NCBI RefSeq assembly: GCF_000281045.1
Contig: NW_008246098.1
Coordinates: 104,404-153,734 of the forward strand
Reading direction: 5' to 3'
DNA length: 49,331 nucleotides
Origin: Saprolegnia diclina VS20
Lineage: Eukaryota
In this document: one piece after another, positions 47,590 to 49,331 of the stretch
Layout of the letters: every line of letters begins with the position of its first letter
Numbering within the stretch: the stretch's first letter is position 1
Position numbers and translations under genes: made by a program
The notes under the pieces: model-generated
Seen by the model: only the letters and a program-made list of their open reading frames with translations
Database searches by the model: none
Told to the model about the DNA's origin: nothing

Positions 47590-48800
47590 AAACTAGAAAA
47601 CTACGTAGCCCTTGCTCCTATATTGATCGCGCCCCACGACGGACTGGATGCAGAAAAGCCAGCGTCCATTCCGCCACGTTGGCCGGCGGTCCTCCTTGCG
47701 TGGTTCTCGACCGTCTACACCATCCATGGCTTGCTTGTGACGCACCGTCTTCCGCTTTGGCACAACGCACATCTTCCGACGTCCAGCAAGCTCAAGTGGC
47801 TCGCACACGACAACGCTGTGCATGTCGAGATGCTTGCCGTTCAAGGCTACACGCACGTGGACAGCTTTCAAGCCCTCGGACACACTGTCGCTGACCTCGC
47901 CGAGCAATTGCCACGACTTTTTCCAGTGCTGCAGCCACCCCGTCGCTGGATCCGGCTGCTCGCGATCGCTATCGTTGGATGCTTCCCTCTCATTGCACCT
48001 GTCGCACCCAGATCCTGCCCCGACCTGGCTCGTCGAGCTCGGACCTCACGTAGCCTCAGCTGCGCTCGTAGAGATCTGCCTTGCTGGCTACAGACGTCGT
48101 CCAAACATCGACTGGCGTGTGCTGCCGGCGCACCACCTTGGCATCTCCGCCGACCTATTACCAGCAACCAAGTTGCTGCATTTGTCCCACTACGGCAACC
48201 CGCTCATGTCCTCCCGCGGTACGGCGATTTTGTGTACCGAGTCGCGTTGAAAGCTGTGGCGGTCCGGTCCAGCTTGCACTTCCTCAGCCCGGATGCCCGA
48301 CACTGCCCGCTCTGTGATGAGCCCGCCCGCGAAACGTACGACCATCCTCTAGTGCACTGCCCATTCATCCGCGCGGTCTGGCGCGCTTTTGACCCGATGC
48401 GCGAAATCTTGCAGCTGCAACTCCCGTCGTCGGTCGGTGGCTTCCTCTACGATGCCGTCGCTCTGCCGTTCTCAGCTCACATGTCGACCATCCGTGCCCT
48501 CTGCGCCGATCTTGTGCGCTTGCGTTTGATACCGTCTTTGGCTTGAACGCAACACCCGCGTGTTCCGCACGACATTGACGCCCCTTCCCGCTGCTGCGCT
48601 CGCGATCAAAGCCGCTACAACCACGCGATTGCATATCCAGCGCTTCGCTCGCCGCGCCGTGGTGCCTTCGCTTGCAGAGTCGCTCCATGCCCTACGCGCC
48701 GCCCTTGGTGTGCTCGCTACCTCATTCCCAACTCAATCCCGAGCCCCGACCAAGCGCCCTCAGCTTGACGTACCGGCCAAACCTCACGAGCGCACTAGGA
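47590..48800 (+). mobile_element. Non-LTR (L1/Tx1-like) retrotransposon 3' relic, 5'-truncated and frameshifted
   Basis: zf-RVT-type motif DFVYRVALKAVAVRS..CPLCDEPARETYDHPLVHCPFIRAVW and upstream LPLWHN motif typical of the LINE ORF2 C-terminus; no RT or endonuclease core; boundaries approximate. Confidence 0.8.
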
Positions 48801-49291
48801 AGTCCACCATCTTCACTATATAATTGCATGTTAATACATGTACCAGTAGGTAACTCATTTCAACAACAAAGCCAGCGTCCATGGAACACAGCTGTTGCTG
48901 TCGACGCGTGCATGCGCATTGCCGTTGCACACTGGCCGTTCCAGAGATGCGAGGCGACGACGAAATGATTCGTTTAGACATTGAAGGGTGTTGGACTCTG
49001 CCTCTCCAAGGACCCTGGTCGATGCCTCTAATTGCAAATACAAAATGTACACGACGGGTCGCATGAAGGGCTATTCGCCTCCATTGATCAGCCCCAATGT
49101 TACCGGTACGACAGCAACTTAGATGTACCACGTCCTCCAAGACGGTCCGAGGTTCTTCGAAGACATCGTAATGCGTCCTTTCTTACTCTGTACCATATGT
49201 TTAAAAAGCCGGCGCGCCTGGCGGGACAGTACGGTGTTCGCTGTCGCCGTCTGGTGCGAGCTCACCGCGCCATCGTTGCGCTCATTCAATT

Positions 49292-49322
49292 TCACTTTTC
49301 CTTTTCCCGTCTTCCTCACACC
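49292..49322 (+). promoter_or_regulatory. Inr-like core promoter/5' leader shared with the protease gene at 46251
   Basis: TCACTTTTCCTTTTCCCGTCTTCCTCACACC is identical to the minus-strand leader at 46252-46282. Confidence 0.7.
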
Positions 49323-49331
49323 ATGCGCACC
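49323..49331 (+). CDS. Probable start of a second C1A protease paralogue (runs off window)
   Basis: ATGCGCACC (MRT) preceded by 31 nt identical to the leader of the 44947-46251 gene; only three codons visible. Confidence 0.6.

Overview
Eukaryotic, GC-rich, gene-dense DNA with many short (about 35-60 nt) GT-AG introns. Gene content points to an oomycete, most likely Saprolegniales (inference: intact PI-PLC, oomycete-type bZIPs). Recognisable genes: two tandem membrane-anchored S10 serine carboxypeptidases, a PLC-delta-like phospholipase C, two bZIP-like transcription factors, a PX/RCC1/TBC Rab-GAP, TFIIH subunit Tfb5, a TsaE-like ATPase, an M1/LTA4H-like protein lacking its catalytic motifs, a papain-like protease plus the start of a second copy, and a non-LTR retrotransposon relic. 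The most striking feature is a cluster of four paralogues of an uncharacterised Cys/His-rich family that only emerges after splicing by eye: all four share a 25-nt exon followed by an 8-nt micro-exon, and two share near-identical 3' halves as a 1.3 kb inverted repeat. A 4 kb direct duplication around a 100-N gap is probably a haplotype assembly artefact. Exon structures were reconstructed manually and need RNA-seq confirmation.
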